Below are positions 39,380 to 52,411 of a stretch of 64,000 nt of DNA, one piece after another. How positions within the stretch are numbered: the first letter of the stretch is position 1; each line of letters starts with the position of its first letter. Source of the stretch: Bugula neritina. Its lineage: Eukaryota; Animalia; Bryozoa. The notes under the pieces were generated by a model. That model had not been told where the DNA came from. It made no database searches and saw nothing but the letters and a program-made list of their open reading frames with translations. The stretch covers positions 7,058,722-7,122,721 of the forward strand of contig OZ037766.1 of assembly GCA_964035545.1 (NCBI GenBank). The letters run 5' to 3'. The translations under genes were made by a program, and so were the position numbers.

Positions 39380-39830
39380 GCTACTAGTGCTAGTACTACT
39401 AGTACTAGTCCTAGAAGTAAAACTAGATGACTAGTAGTAGTATTAGTGGTAGTTGTAGTAGTGGTACTACTTTTACTGATACTTATACTTATAGTTATAC
39501 TTGTACTATAGTTAATGTTATACTTATAGTTATACTTATAGTTATACTTATACTTATAGTTAATGTTTATGTTATAGTATTAATAATAATTATTATTATA
39601 CTTTAAGTTTAACTTATAATTAATCTTATACTTATACTTATAGACTATCATTATACCTAATACTAATAGTTAATACTTATACTATAAGTTATAAGTTATA
39701 GTTATACTGTCATTATACTTAAATTTAAGCTTACAGTAAAGTTTAATATTAATACTAATACTAATAGTAATAAGTATAACAATACTTATAGTTATGCTAA
39801 TAATAATAATGTAAGAGTAAGACTAAGAGT
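39380..39830. repeat. Hexamer-periodic low-complexity tract (ACTAGT / TATACTTATAGT) at the UMPS 5' end
   Basis: Repeated TACTAG, TTATAC and TTATAG units. Confidence 0.75.
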
Positions 39831-40070
39831 TTTATTAATCGTGAAGTTGATAAATTTCGGTTTAGGGTGAGGGTAAAGGTTTAAGAATTTAAGAAAACAT
39901 AATTACTTTTTAATATTTTTTATCCAGTACACAGGCTTTTTCACAGGTCTTTACTGTTGCGCCTACTAATAATATATGTTACTGTGTCGCACTTGCATTT
40001 TGATTTTTAATAGAAAACTACCAACATTTATTTACAACTTACACTGCTGGTGCTCATCATAGGCTTAAGC

Positions 40071-43000
40071 ATGAGTGGGGATTCTGAATCGAAGAGAAGT
40101 GTTGGCCACCTTCAACAACCCAGTGAATTAATTCAGGATTTACATTCTATCAATGCCGTGAAGTTTGGTTCATTCAAGCTAAAGTCGGGAATTATGTCTC
40201 CATTCTATTTTGATCTTCGCGCCATGATTTCATACCCAAACACACTGGTTTGTATCACTATGGCCTATCTATTCATCTGCTCTAACTATTTCATTGACTG
40301 TACATCTACAGTTACAATTAATCCAAATTATTAATATTAATAATTGAATCATCTAGTGGTTGCTGGACTTCATGGTTCTGGTATTCATTAAAACAATGCA
40401 CTTGATTATATCTGTGATGATACATCTAGACAATGACCAATAAAGTATTTGGGAAGGTTTATTTTATATAAAGCTTTGCTGCCGCTCTTGAGACATTAGC
40501 TACTGTTCTTTTTATATATATTCAGTCAGCTCATAAAAACTCGTGCGATAGCTAATACTTGCCTTAGTAGAGTGTTTGTAAATGTTTAATGTAAAAAGAG
40601 AAGTTTCTTTTAGCGCATGTGGCTCATTTAACAGACGTGCAAGAACTGTCAACAAAATGTCATTTAATGGAATTCTTTCTTGAAAAATATCTGTTGCTGC
40701 ACCTGGCTGCATTTATATGGCTCATCTTGGTTGTACCTGTTACTAATGTTCAGATTTAGAGCTGTTGACAATGACTTAGTTAGATTTTTTAAAGGAATGT
40801 GGTTTCATGTGCTTAGATTGTTATACACTGTTTTGTTATATGCTATGAGCAAACTATTGTTTGCTTTCTTCCGTCTTCTGACAGTGGGAAATGGGAATCA
40901 ATGCTCTTGATCTAAAGAGTAAATGTTATGATATGAGAACATCATAATAGGAACAATGGAGCTGTTGGGTAAAGCTTTTTGTATTCTTTAAGTAGGCTTG
41001 CAAAATATTAGAGCTCTTCAAGTATAACATTCTATTTAGTTATTATAAGTAGGAAACAGGAAGTGCAATCTGTTGCTCTTCAAATGAGAAAATTGGGCTC
41101 CTTGTAATGTAAATTAGTGTTCCCCTTTGCCACAAGGACCTAAGCTTAGAATTGTAAACTGATATAAAATCACTTTTGTCATTTATCTCTGCCTTATAAA
41201 ATTGTTGAAAGCAAATATATTTTCCTATATGATCTGCAACAATGAAATAACAGAAGAAATGTTCTAGTTACATTGTCAACCTTATACTACTGCAAAGGTC
41301 ATAATACAGAATGGCTAAGTTTGTTTTTTAATGGTTTGTTGAATATATTCGTGAGGTTTAATTGTAAGTTAGTAATATTGATACATTTCTGTTGCAGCTC
41401 AAGGCCTCTGAGCATGTGTATGACATCCTTCGAAACCTGGAATATGAAAGTATATGTGGTGTGCCTTATACAGCATTACCAATAGCAAGTGTAAGTATAC
41501 AGCATTACCAATAGCAAGTGTAAGCATACGCAGTTTGCACTATACAGCATTGTTAATAGTAAATGTAAGTATGTATGCAGTGTACACTATACAGCATTTC
41601 CAATTGCAAGTGTAAATATATTGTATGATGTACACTACGGCATTGCCAATAGGTAGTGTAAGTATATGCAGTGCATCATATGCAACATATCAAGCATGGA
41701 GTTCATCATATTTTTTAAATTTCATTCCTCTAAAGTCTAATCCATATAATTAAGTTAATAGAGTTTATTATCACTCTTCTAGTAGCCAGGTAGTTGTGTA
41801 TTGGTCCAATAATATCAGTGTATGATGGTGTGTGACTAACCTTGCAGTGCATATCAACCATGCATCGTGTTCCGATGCTGCTCAAAAGGAAAGAAGCTAA
41901 AAGTTATGGTACAAAGAAGATGGTAGAAGGCGTGTTTGTAAATGGTGATCGCTGCGTAATCGTTGAGGATGTGGTGACCAGTGGTGGCAGTGTGCTGGAA
42001 ACAGCTGCAGTAAGTCTTTCAATATAATATCTTTTTAAATATCTAGTGTGTTGCAGGATGTTTGAAACACAGGCTATACGTGCCGCAAAGTGAGAAAACA
42101 AATGAAACTACACTGCTGTAGGTGGTTAATTGTCACAACTACAGGGTCATCAGTGAGTGAGTCATTGTCCCGAATTTATTTTCAAGACATGTATGCACAA
42201 AATGTATTATAAAACTAATATGCTTGGGCCTGCTACCCTGGAGCTTTATATAGGTGGTAGTCAAGATATATGCGAGTAATTGAATACTGCATAAAGGTAG
42301 CATGTCAAGGATTCTTTTACTATTATCATGTATATAATGACCATAGACACTATCTGTGTATCTCTATATTCTATAATACAATGAGATTTGATGGTATTTT
42401 TCTTCATTGTATGTGATGTTAGTTTAATGTCTCTACGATGCGTTATAGAGTGATGAGGTCCCGAAAAACTTTGAAATTTGTTGGCCAAAATGGCTGTTTA
42501 AGGGTTTGTTTATAGCTCTGTCATGTTCTAGCATATTTTTATTTCGACACCCATTTGAAATGTAAAAGAATACAAGAAAACTTATCCAAACAAAACTTAC
42601 AAATATTTAACCTCCACCTCTAGCTCTTGAGGCAAAAAATTCCATAGCCCTAAACAGGCATTGTCAGAAAGTATGATTATGTAAGTAAGAGATTGTTATT
42701 TTAGAAGTTCTAGTCAGTGCAGTCTGTCTATCAGATTTTACTGTGAAGTGTTGCTTTAGTGTCTGAAAAGTGAAGGCCTGGTGGTGACAGACGTCATAAC
42801 TATACTAGACAGAGGTCAAGGGGGTCAGAAGAATCTGGAGAACCAGGGTATTACTCTTCACAGGTGGGCGGAGTGTGTCACGGCTTATATTATTGCCTCC
42901 ACCTTCTGCATTAATGTGCATGTGGCATCTATGTTGGTGTATGAAATAACTGGTACATTATAGATCAGACTCAATGGGTTTGCAATTACTTCAAGATTTT

Positions 43001-46000
43001 TATACAACTTAGAAGCTGTTATTTATACAAAATAACAAAATACAAAATAAATGTTGCAAATTATCAAATTTTCTTGCCAACACTCAAATATTTATCAGTT
43101 TGAGTCTTTAAATATTGTTTTTCCATTTCTATCACGTCTAAATGCCTCTTTATATTGCAGCCTCATGTTATTCAATGATTTGTCAGTTTATCACAGTTAA
43201 TGGTATATTTTTGATAAATATGTCACGTAGGACTTTCCTAAATAGCTGTGCGGTTTGACTGTGTGGCTGGTTGTTTTGTCTTCAGTTTATCAAAGTTTGT
43301 TATCAATAGTTTGTTCTGTGGTTGGGATGCTCTAAAGTTATGTTAACCAGGTCACAGCTTTCAAACTTCAAAGGTTTTGTTTAAAATGTCATTATTATTT
43401 CTACACTCTTGCCTTATATAAATATTGTAGTGTATTGTCAATACAGTCCGTGATATCTGCTCTCCTGGAATCAGCCAAGATAACATCTGAGCAGGCAGAG
43501 ATCAGTCTTAACTTTATAGAAACCAATCAGCTGATAAGTAATTCTGTGATTGACCCCATCGAAGACATTGTTCTCCGGCTGCACGATATTGGCTCGTTCA
43601 GATTCGGCAGCTTCAAGTTATCCAATGGGATGATAACTCCCATATATATTGACTTGAGACTCGTCATCTCTCACCCCTCACTTATGGTAGTTTTTATGTT
43701 TATATTTCATGTTTATGTTATCAACTAGTCAAATAAACAGCCCAACTGTACAAAATAATGAACTTGACTGGCATTAATATGTTATTATATTTCCATTTTG
43801 TAGTTCAAAACACTTGTTTATGTGTAGAAACATTTCAAAGATTTGTCAGAGTAGGGATGAAATAGGCTACTATTTTGTTATATATTACATGCTATGCTTC
43901 AATGTATTACTATTCTCAACAGTCGGATATATGCAAGCAGATGTATAAGCTGGTAGAGGGTGTGGTCCAGTTTGATATACTCTGCGGGGTACCCTATGCC
44001 GCCCTTCACCTGGCTACGGTATGTTGAAGCTGTGTCATGGTTTAGTTGATATATTTCCTCTCTGCAATTTCGATTAGCTTCTATGTCCAAATTGTTTTAT
44101 TTATTCAATACTGTTGACGTTTCCGCAATATCTAGCTAGTTTATGCTCAAATCAATTTATCTAGCAAATTATATGGGTTTAAATTGCCTGCAATAGTTTC
44201 AAATACAACTTATTTTTAATTCGAATATATTATGCAGCTGCATATAACTATTATGTACACCAAATTTGGAAAAGGTTTTGGTAGATTCTGTGTAAAAGAT
44301 TACCCCAAACTAATAACTGTTTGCAGTCTCCTTTTTATTGTAATACTTGCATATTATATCTGTTATATTAGACTGCTGTTTTAGTGCATTGCTAATGACC
44401 ACGGGTTGAACAATGTTCTACTGAGAAAGGTGGTGAAGCAGTACGGCACTGGCAAGCTAATAGAAGGCGTCTACAAAGAAGGCCAGAAGTGTTTGGTGGT
44501 GGAAGATGTTATGGTTAGTGGACAGGGAATCTATGAGTCTTGTGAGGTGAGTCACGCCAGTCGTGCGACAAACTTATTTCCTGTAATTCTCAGATTACAC
44601 TGGAAAACCTGCTCCTTGTTTATATAAACATACCTGGTAGGTTTCATTTAGGCATTGGATTTGTTGAGATGAGCGTTTGTAATAGTTGTTTGTATTTGTC
44701 TTTTTTAAAGTCAAATGCCTAGAGTTACAGCAAAGTAAAGTACATCATTTAGCAATGCTGAACAACTTTTATGCAGTTCAATGATAAAACATGCTATTAC
44801 TCAAAATTTCCCCCCTTGCAAAAACTGTTGAGGATTTTTTTTAAAAGAGCATCAGAGTTTTATACAATGTCTTCCTATTGATTATTTATGCAACATGATT
44901 CTCAAAAAAGCTTTCCTATTTACTAATATGTTTTATTATATCAAAATAATTGTCATTTTTAGCCTTTGTGTTCTCTCTAAAAATAGAGACAATTTGAAAC
45001 AACTTTCTGAAACTAAAAACTGATGTAGCTGACATGACTAGATGCTATGTGAAAATCTCAGTCAGCTCGTGTAATATGAAAAGATAATTTCAAATAATTT
45101 ATGCTTTATCTGAGATCTGTATATAATTTATACTGTGCGCAATAATAATACTTTCTAGCACTAGTTAAGGTGTTTGTAACATTTGCCGTTTATTCCTCTA
45201 GAGCTTGAAGTCACAGGGGGTTGAGGCCACAGATGTTCTTTTAGTACTTGATAGAGAGCAGAATGGGGAGAGAAACTTGAAGAAGCAAGGCATCAGGCTG
45301 CACTGGTTAGATTTTCAGTTACTATATATATATATGTTACGCTGACACTATTCTGTTTATATCCGTTGGTGTCAAGGCCAAGCAATAGTTCTTCAGTCAG
45401 AGAAGATACAGTTTCAGATGGATCTTTTCCAAGTTTTGAAAATTGATTTTATTTTATTCCATATAATATAGTTTATTTTCTGATTGCAACATTAACATTT
45501 TTGGTTTTTATGTAAACTAACGCTTGTAAAGTTTTTTCCCCTCTTGTTGCTTGTATTTTATGCACTCTCCGTTATACTTTACCAATGTGATCGAATTAAC
45601 TTCCGTTGTTGATAGCTTAATTCGAGTGTCGGAGGCATTGGATATCCTGTTGAAGCATAAGCGTATTGACGCGGAGCTATCTAATGAAGTGATGCGTTTC
45701 CTGAAGGCAAACCCTGCAAACATTCCATTTAGCAAGGCAGAAGATCATCAACGAACTAGCCAAATTAACAAGGTGAACAACTTGCATCCAGATTGACTGG
45801 AATATTTGGTTCTCTATACTTTGAATAGTGCTTTTGCTGTGACTTAGTGATTGCTGTCATACAACTCCTTATGCTTTAGCTGCTGCCTTTCACTGAGAGA
45901 GCTGCCCTGTGCTCCAACCCAGTCTCCAAGAAGCTGTTTACTATAATGCATGAGAAGCACACCAACCTGTGCTTGTCTGCTGATGTTACCACTGTTGACA

Positions 46001-48968
46001 TGTTACTCAAGGTGAGTGTAATACCTGTTGATGTCACTTTACTGGAGATAGTTAGTGTGTTAGCTGTTGACAATTTTGAAATAGGCCATTACTGCTGTCG
46101 AATTACCAGATAACGATAATTGTTTCTTCTAACTAGAATCTCTCACACCCTTGAGCATCTTGTATAACATTCTGTTTATTCTGTCCACGTGTCATTTCGC
46201 AATAAAACTTCCCTTTGGTAAAAATCAAAGTATACTAAAATTCACTATGTTCTGAAAGAAAACCTAATAGTTGCGGGACATCAATTCACATGGCTGATTT
46301 CCACTCACATTTACCTGTAGTGGTATCTTATTGTTTTTCTCTCACATTTTTAACCAACACTTCTGGCAAAGTTGCAGCCGAATGTAAATACAATCAAATG
46401 TAGGATCTGGTTGCTGCAACTACTTTTTAGCGGAATGGTAAATACTTCTCCTTGTGATCAAGGACTGGATATATGTTAGAACATCTGTATAAGTCATAAT
46501 TAACTATAAAATTGAGGTTGCTTGTAGCCAAGTTGTTAACTGCTAAGTAATTGGTGCAGTGTTGTGGAAGTCTTCTGCCATATAACACTTTGTACTAATT
46601 ATTAGAGAGCTTGATATTTGCTGGAATTTGCTCAACATAATATATGTGCCCCAGTAATGTGCATTTTATAATGAAAGAGGACACAACTCCAAAGTATATG
46701 CATGGTGTGTGGTTTACTATATCCTGCAGTAGTTGGGAGGAGGTCCTCAGTTAGCAGACTCTTCATCTCAGTTTGTCCTTTACAGCTGGCAGATCAAGTT
46801 GGCCCACACATCTGTATGCTTAAGACTCATGTTGACATTTTGGAAGATTTTACGCCTGCGGCCGTCGCTCAGCTGGTTGAATTGTCGCAAAAACATAACT
46901 TTGTGATATTTGAAGACCGGTATGTAAACTTTCACATGTAGATTCTATCCGCTAACCAGTAAAGTGAATAAGATTTCTATGTGATGCAGTCACTAGTTTG
47001 AGGTCAAGTTTATAACAAAGTGAAGCTGTAGAATGTAAACTCTAGCATTTTGGAGATGTTCAGCTGTTACTCTTGTGTTCATTATTTTATTTAAGCTAGT
47101 TTCTAAAATTATTTATAGAATATCTCAAACTTGCAATAGAGAGACTTTCGGTGCATATGACTGCTAGCTGCATTTGCCCAGGCATTTTGATTCTGTTAAC
47201 CAATTTTGTCTGAAATGTGGATTTTTGTTGCTTTTCACAAAAGAATACATATTGCAAGTTTTTATTGAAACACATGTTTTTTAAACTCTTTTAATGCTAC
47301 ACTTGTGAGATTGAGATTTATTTTATAACATATACATCATGGTATGATTTGCAGTGCATAAAACATTATTTTAGTCTTAGTCAAAATTAGAAAATGGCTG
47401 AAGTTAGCTGCATATTTTATTCATCCAAACAGGAAGTTCAGTGACATCGGCTCGACAGTGAAGCAGCAATACGCAGGAGGGTTATACAAGATAGCTGACT
47501 GGTCTGAAGTAACTACTGCTCATTCTATTCCTGGACCTGGCATTGTGCAAGCACTGCAGGCTGTGAGTTTGTCTACTAATAGACTACTTCGTAGTAGAAT
47601 AAAAAAATGTATTTTCTACACCAATAAACATGTGAATGTACAGAGTTGGTCTTTGTACTACAGCCGTGTCATTGTGTCCTGTAGGTTGGCTCTCCGAAAG
47701 GTCGTGCTTGTGTCTTACTGGCTGAAATGAGCTCTAAAGGAAACCTTACCAATGCTAGCTACTCTGTTGGTAAGGTGTTTCCCAACACTCGCCTTTCTAT
47801 CTAATTATACTCTTTAAATATTTGTTTTTATTTTTTTTTAATATCACAAGAATGTGTCCTGTCAACTATCTTTTTGAAACATAATAATTGTATTGTTGCA
47901 CATTAATATGTGAAGCTTTCTCAGTTAGCTGGAGCTGCTATTTACTAGATGTACTATCAGCTGGTAGTCTTTGGAATTGTTGAATGAAAGCAAAAAAGTC
48001 ATCTTTCAGCTACAATGGTTGGCGAGTTTTAATGATATCTAGTTTTACAATTGCAGTGTGGAAGTTTGTAACTTGTTGGTTTTGATTGTAGCTACAGTGA
48101 ACATGGCAAGAGAGTACAGTGACTTTGTTATTGGATTTATCTCCCAGTCTAAACTGACCTCTGACCCCACTCTGCTGCACATGACTCCTGGTGAGACTTT
48201 CTACCCTCTAGTCTACGTGTTGAACTCCACTAGCTAAATACAACTTCATTTGTGTCTCTTGCATTTCATTGCCCATCGAAAAGTGTGTTGGTTAGCTATA
48301 GGTCTTGTAGTTTAAGACAGAAATAGGTAAATATATGTGTGTTTTGTGTGTGTATGTACCTACATATTATACAGATAGTACATGCTACCTGCATAGATAG
48401 TATATACTACCTGCATAGATAGTATATACTACCTGCATATATTTATATACTACCTGCATATGTTATGTGTATTTGTTTATTCATGTTTCAAGAATATGAT
48501 AGGGCATTCATTAGAAATAGCTGGAATATTTCTTGGTATATAGAAACTATAAAATTAGCTATATTTGGGCGTTTATTTCTGACATGGACATGTAGTGAAA
48601 CATGTTTAGTTTATTGAACTGATGTATCAAAATCTACTACTTTGAGCACATAATATGTGCAAAAGTTTGTCTAATTTGCCCATATTGCTGTTCAGGTAAT
48701 TCACAGGTACTGCAGTCAAACGCCTATCACAACACAGATGGTTTATACCTGCTGTATTGTAGGAGTGAAAAATACTGATAAAGGTGACAACTTGGGTCAG
48801 CAGTACGTCAATGCTGCCGATGCCGTGATGTTACGTGGTGCTGACATCATCATTGTTGGACGAGGAATAACTCAGGCAGCCGACCCAGTTGCTGCCGCTA
48901 TTGAGTATAAGAATCTAGGATACGAATCTTATGAGAATTTTAGAACTCAGCAGAAATCTGACGAGTGA
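40071..48968 (+). CDS. UMPS: UMP synthase with tandem duplicated OPRTase domains (OPRT-OPRT-ODC, ~698 aa), 15 exons
   Basis: Exons 40071-40247, 41398-41490, 41848-42009, 42760-42863, 43431-43686, 43923-44018, 44385-44546, 45202-45305, 45616-45772, 45880-46011, 46786-46919, 47433-47562, 47685-47769, 48092-48190, 48763-48968 (2097 nt, open frame). OPRT1: [47 protein letters not shown]2: [46 protein letters not shown]: [39 protein letters not shown]. Confidence 0.95.
41467..41670 (+). repeat. Tandem repeat of the UMPS exon-2 end plus donor (TATACAGCATTACCAATAGCAAGTGTAAG), ~5 decaying copies
   Basis: The first unit spans the exon/intron boundary at 41490/41491, the second is exact, and later copies are diverged. 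Confidence 0.88.
48372..48460. repeat. 22-bp minisatellite (AGATAGTATATACTACCTGCAT) x~4
   Basis: Directly visible in the last UMPS intron. Confidence 0.85.
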
Positions 48969-49788
48969 AAACATCATGTGGGCCTAGATGGAGTGACTTG
49001 GTGTTGAGATACTCTCCCCCACTGCACTTCACTGCTTACCTTTTGTTTAGGTGCTACTTTTTTAAAATTCCAGTTACTGCGTATTCCAATTTCCACATGA
49101 TTATTCTACCAGTTCTTTTAATATTAATCGGAGTTTTTATGTTACACAGCTTCGCTTACATGCTATAGGTTTTCACAAAAATACACATATACGAACTTGA
49201 AAGCTATGCCTCACTATTTCATGAGTCATGTTATGCATATACAGGTATTCCAATTTACTTGAGACTCCTTCAAATAATTATATGATATAATATATAATAT
49301 AATATATAGCTAGTTGAACTCAATCTGTTTCAGAGTTTCTCTTTATCAGGACAGAGCAATATGTCCTCTTACAATGTCTCTACCAATATGTGTGTTAGGT
49401 ACAAGACATAGTGCTGAGGCAAATATACTTGCATAGAGAATAGCATTCGCATGTGTAGGTGTTTCGGTTTGTAAAGCAGTGTAAATCATTAATTTAACAG
49501 TAGCCGAGAATTTAATCCAACCTTTGGTTTCACTACGTTTTATTTACTAAAATTAAAACTTCCACTCAGTTTTGTGTCAACAGCCCTCTAGAACATAACC
49601 AATACAAACTATGAGCAATTTGTGAAGAGGGCAATGACGTAGGGATGGTAATTGAAATGTATCTTTCGGGATTGTCTCCTCAAATTGGAGTGTTGATTAC
49701 AGCTGTATAATATATAAAAATAATATTTTAATTTTCACCAAACCACATCAATTTTACAAAATAAAACAATTGTTGTAGTGTTCATCCA

Positions 49789-50039
49789 AGGGAGCAACCG
49801 TAGTCTAGGGGTTAGAGTGGTTGCTTAGTAAACACGAAGTCATGGGTTAATGCAAAGGCCATTTGTCGTATTGAGAAGAGCATCCAGTCACGGTTGCTTC
49901 CTGCTAAAAACATAATGGTCTTTTCTAATGGTCTAATTGCTGTGCCCCATCTGAATAAGTTCTTAGCCAATTTAACAAAAATTATCTTTCAATCAGGGGT
50001 TTCTTGCAGGGATGGCGACTCTAAACTTGCATGAGTTTT
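49789..50039 (+). mobile_element. tRNA-derived SINE, copy 3, with 16-bp target-site duplication
   Basis: TSD TTGTAGTGTTCATCCA at 49773-49788 and 50040-50055; tRNA-Thr-like head containing CTTAGTAA; shared body. Confidence 0.88.
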
Positions 50040-51427
50040 TTGTAGTGTTCATCCACCAAAACACTTATATAGAAATACATAGTATTTTGTTGTTGTTAGA
50101 GCTTTGAGGTCTGAAGCCTGTGGTCCTATTATCATGCCTGTCAACAAGGTGGGCCTGAAGCGCATAAATAATTGCCGTCAAGTGTTCAAAAGAGTTGGAT
50201 ACTTTAACCCAACTCAGGTTTTTCAATCACATAATGATTTTATTATAGTTATCTGCAACTAGTTGAATGCATTTTGTAAAAACAGTATACTGATGAGATT
50301 ATAGCCTCAATCACTGTCAAAGAATTCATCTATTATTATTATATACATAGTATAAGATAAAAAATGTGAAAATTCTTATAAACTATTAATATACATTAGC
50401 CACTCATTGAACTGAGTGTTGGAGATGTCAGTTTGATTTTGAATGCTGTCAAAAGATTCATATATTTTAATCATTATAATATATGAGATAAAAAATATGT
50501 AGTGCAGAAATGCTCAAGTTACTAATATGTTAAACATTCTTTAGACAGAGTTTTCAAGATAACAATTTGATTTTTAATCTATATAATTGTATTTCAAGTC
50601 CTAAAAGCAATTATATACTGCATTATTTTTATTCTAAGAACAAATCAGGGAAACAGCTGTATTAAAAATACCAGGAATCATCTAATGACATACACATTAG
50701 CTTGATTCACTGCTGCTAATATAGATACTTCCACTGCTCCAGCTAATTAAACTACATCAGTTGTGTGCTAAGTATTTGTTAATAAAGCAGATTTATATGC
50801 TAACAAGTGCTATGTATAGCACTGCTTATAGCAGACTCTAATCTTATATCAATACACTGTACTAAAGGTTCTTTCATTTTAGTATTTACTTGCCTTGAGA
50901 AGTCTACTTCATGTCATTATTTTTTATCCTCCCTCCATATAAAATGTCTGAGTGTTTCTGTATGCATCGTCTCTTATCTTGCTGATTATTATCTTATTTT
51001 ATACAATAATATAATTTTACTACCAGTATAATGCATAAAAGCATATTATTACTGTATGAAACGTCAGTCCTTTGGTAACTTAACATAAGTTATAGTAGCC
51101 TGTTGGCAAAAAAAATGCTACTATATTTCCAAGTTCACAAGTTAAAGCATAACTTTGAGTTTTATCAATTATTAGCCCTACACTTAATGACACTATTGAC
51201 AAAAATGTGTGTGGGTGTGGACCATACAAGCCGCACCCACACACACAGAGGAAGTTGAAAGCTAGCAAATATTACAATCGTAACTCCGCCATGTTCTTAC
51301 ACTGAAATATGGTTGGCTGATGAGTTGACCCACATAATAAATATGTGTGCAGAAGACTCATGCAACTAGAAAAAGAATCAGCAAGGTGACAGTCCCATAA
51401 AATACAACATATAATGTAAATTTGTAT

Positions 51428-51606
51428 AGGTAGCTGTAATCTAGTAGTTAGAGAATGTACTAGATCAATGGTTTAAATCTGTGATGTAAAGAAGGCAGCA
51501 GATCATAAGTTCCTCAGTGCTACAGCGTAGTATATACACTCTTCTTAGCCACTCTAAAACCACCAGAGGTTCTCACAGGGATGGAAGCCAATGAACCTGT
51601 GTTTTA
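51428..51606 (+). mobile_element. Degenerate SINE copy 4
   Basis: Weak head (GTAATCTAGTAGTTAGAG) and 3' body (CTTAGCC..CCAGAGGTTCTCACAGGGATGG). Confidence 0.55.
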
Positions 51607-52186
51607 TGACTTTATAATCATTGAAGATGGCTTCCCGTTGCCTTCGATTAAAGAATACTGCAATATGATAGCCTCATAGTCTTATATTCTAATGATATTA
51701 AGATATTATTCACAACATGAGTACTCCAGCCATTTAATTATGACCAGTAATACAGTAGCAGCTTCCCAATCTAACAACAGCAGCAATTTTCAATGCACTG
51801 TAGTAATGAACTGGAAAATAATGAATTGTTTCATTTCAGTGCACAGTAGTAACTACTCAATCTAGCATCAGCAAGTATTATCTGTGGTCTTTATTGTATT
51901 CATTAAGTATGTAATAAGATATGATGATTTTGTGATTATCTTAATTTACATTGTTACTACCACCCACATTTAAATTAACTGAAGCTTCGTACTCTAAGAA
52001 ATGGCAAACAGATTTTCTATAGTTGCAACATTTTATGTAGGAGTTTGTTCACCAGAATATAAATAGCCTTTGTATAAGTGTTATAACATATGTCAGATTT
52101 TATCAGCAAACTCACTTTTTGCAGTAACACCAACTTTTAATGCTTCGTAACCAGTTGCTGTACCAGTACTTTGACATAGTGACTCT

Positions 52187-52411
52187 GATTTTAGGTAAAA
52201 ATGACACAGGTAATACTGGCATAGGTAATAATGGCACACTGATGTTAAGTTTTTCAAACTCCAAACCCCAACCCAAAACTCAAACCCCCATCTCCAAACC
52301 CCCAACCCCCTTCCCAAACCCTCATATTGAGAATTTGCCATTTTTACCTACTTTTCCACCCGTGACATTATTACCTGTGCCATTTTACCTTTGCCATTTT
52401 TACTAGACACC
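52187..52411 (-). mobile_element. Mutator-like foldback MITE, copy 2
   Basis: Reverse-complement relative of 6233-6481; decayed 9-bp TSD AGTGACTCT / AGTAACTCC. Confidence 0.78.

Noticed and set aside
43431-45305. Second OPRT as an assembly (haplotype) duplication or a separate gene
   Set aside because: The copies are strongly diverged in protein sequence and their introns show no visible similarity. The OPRT1 tail and OPRT2 head lie in one continuous exon with no stop or new start context.
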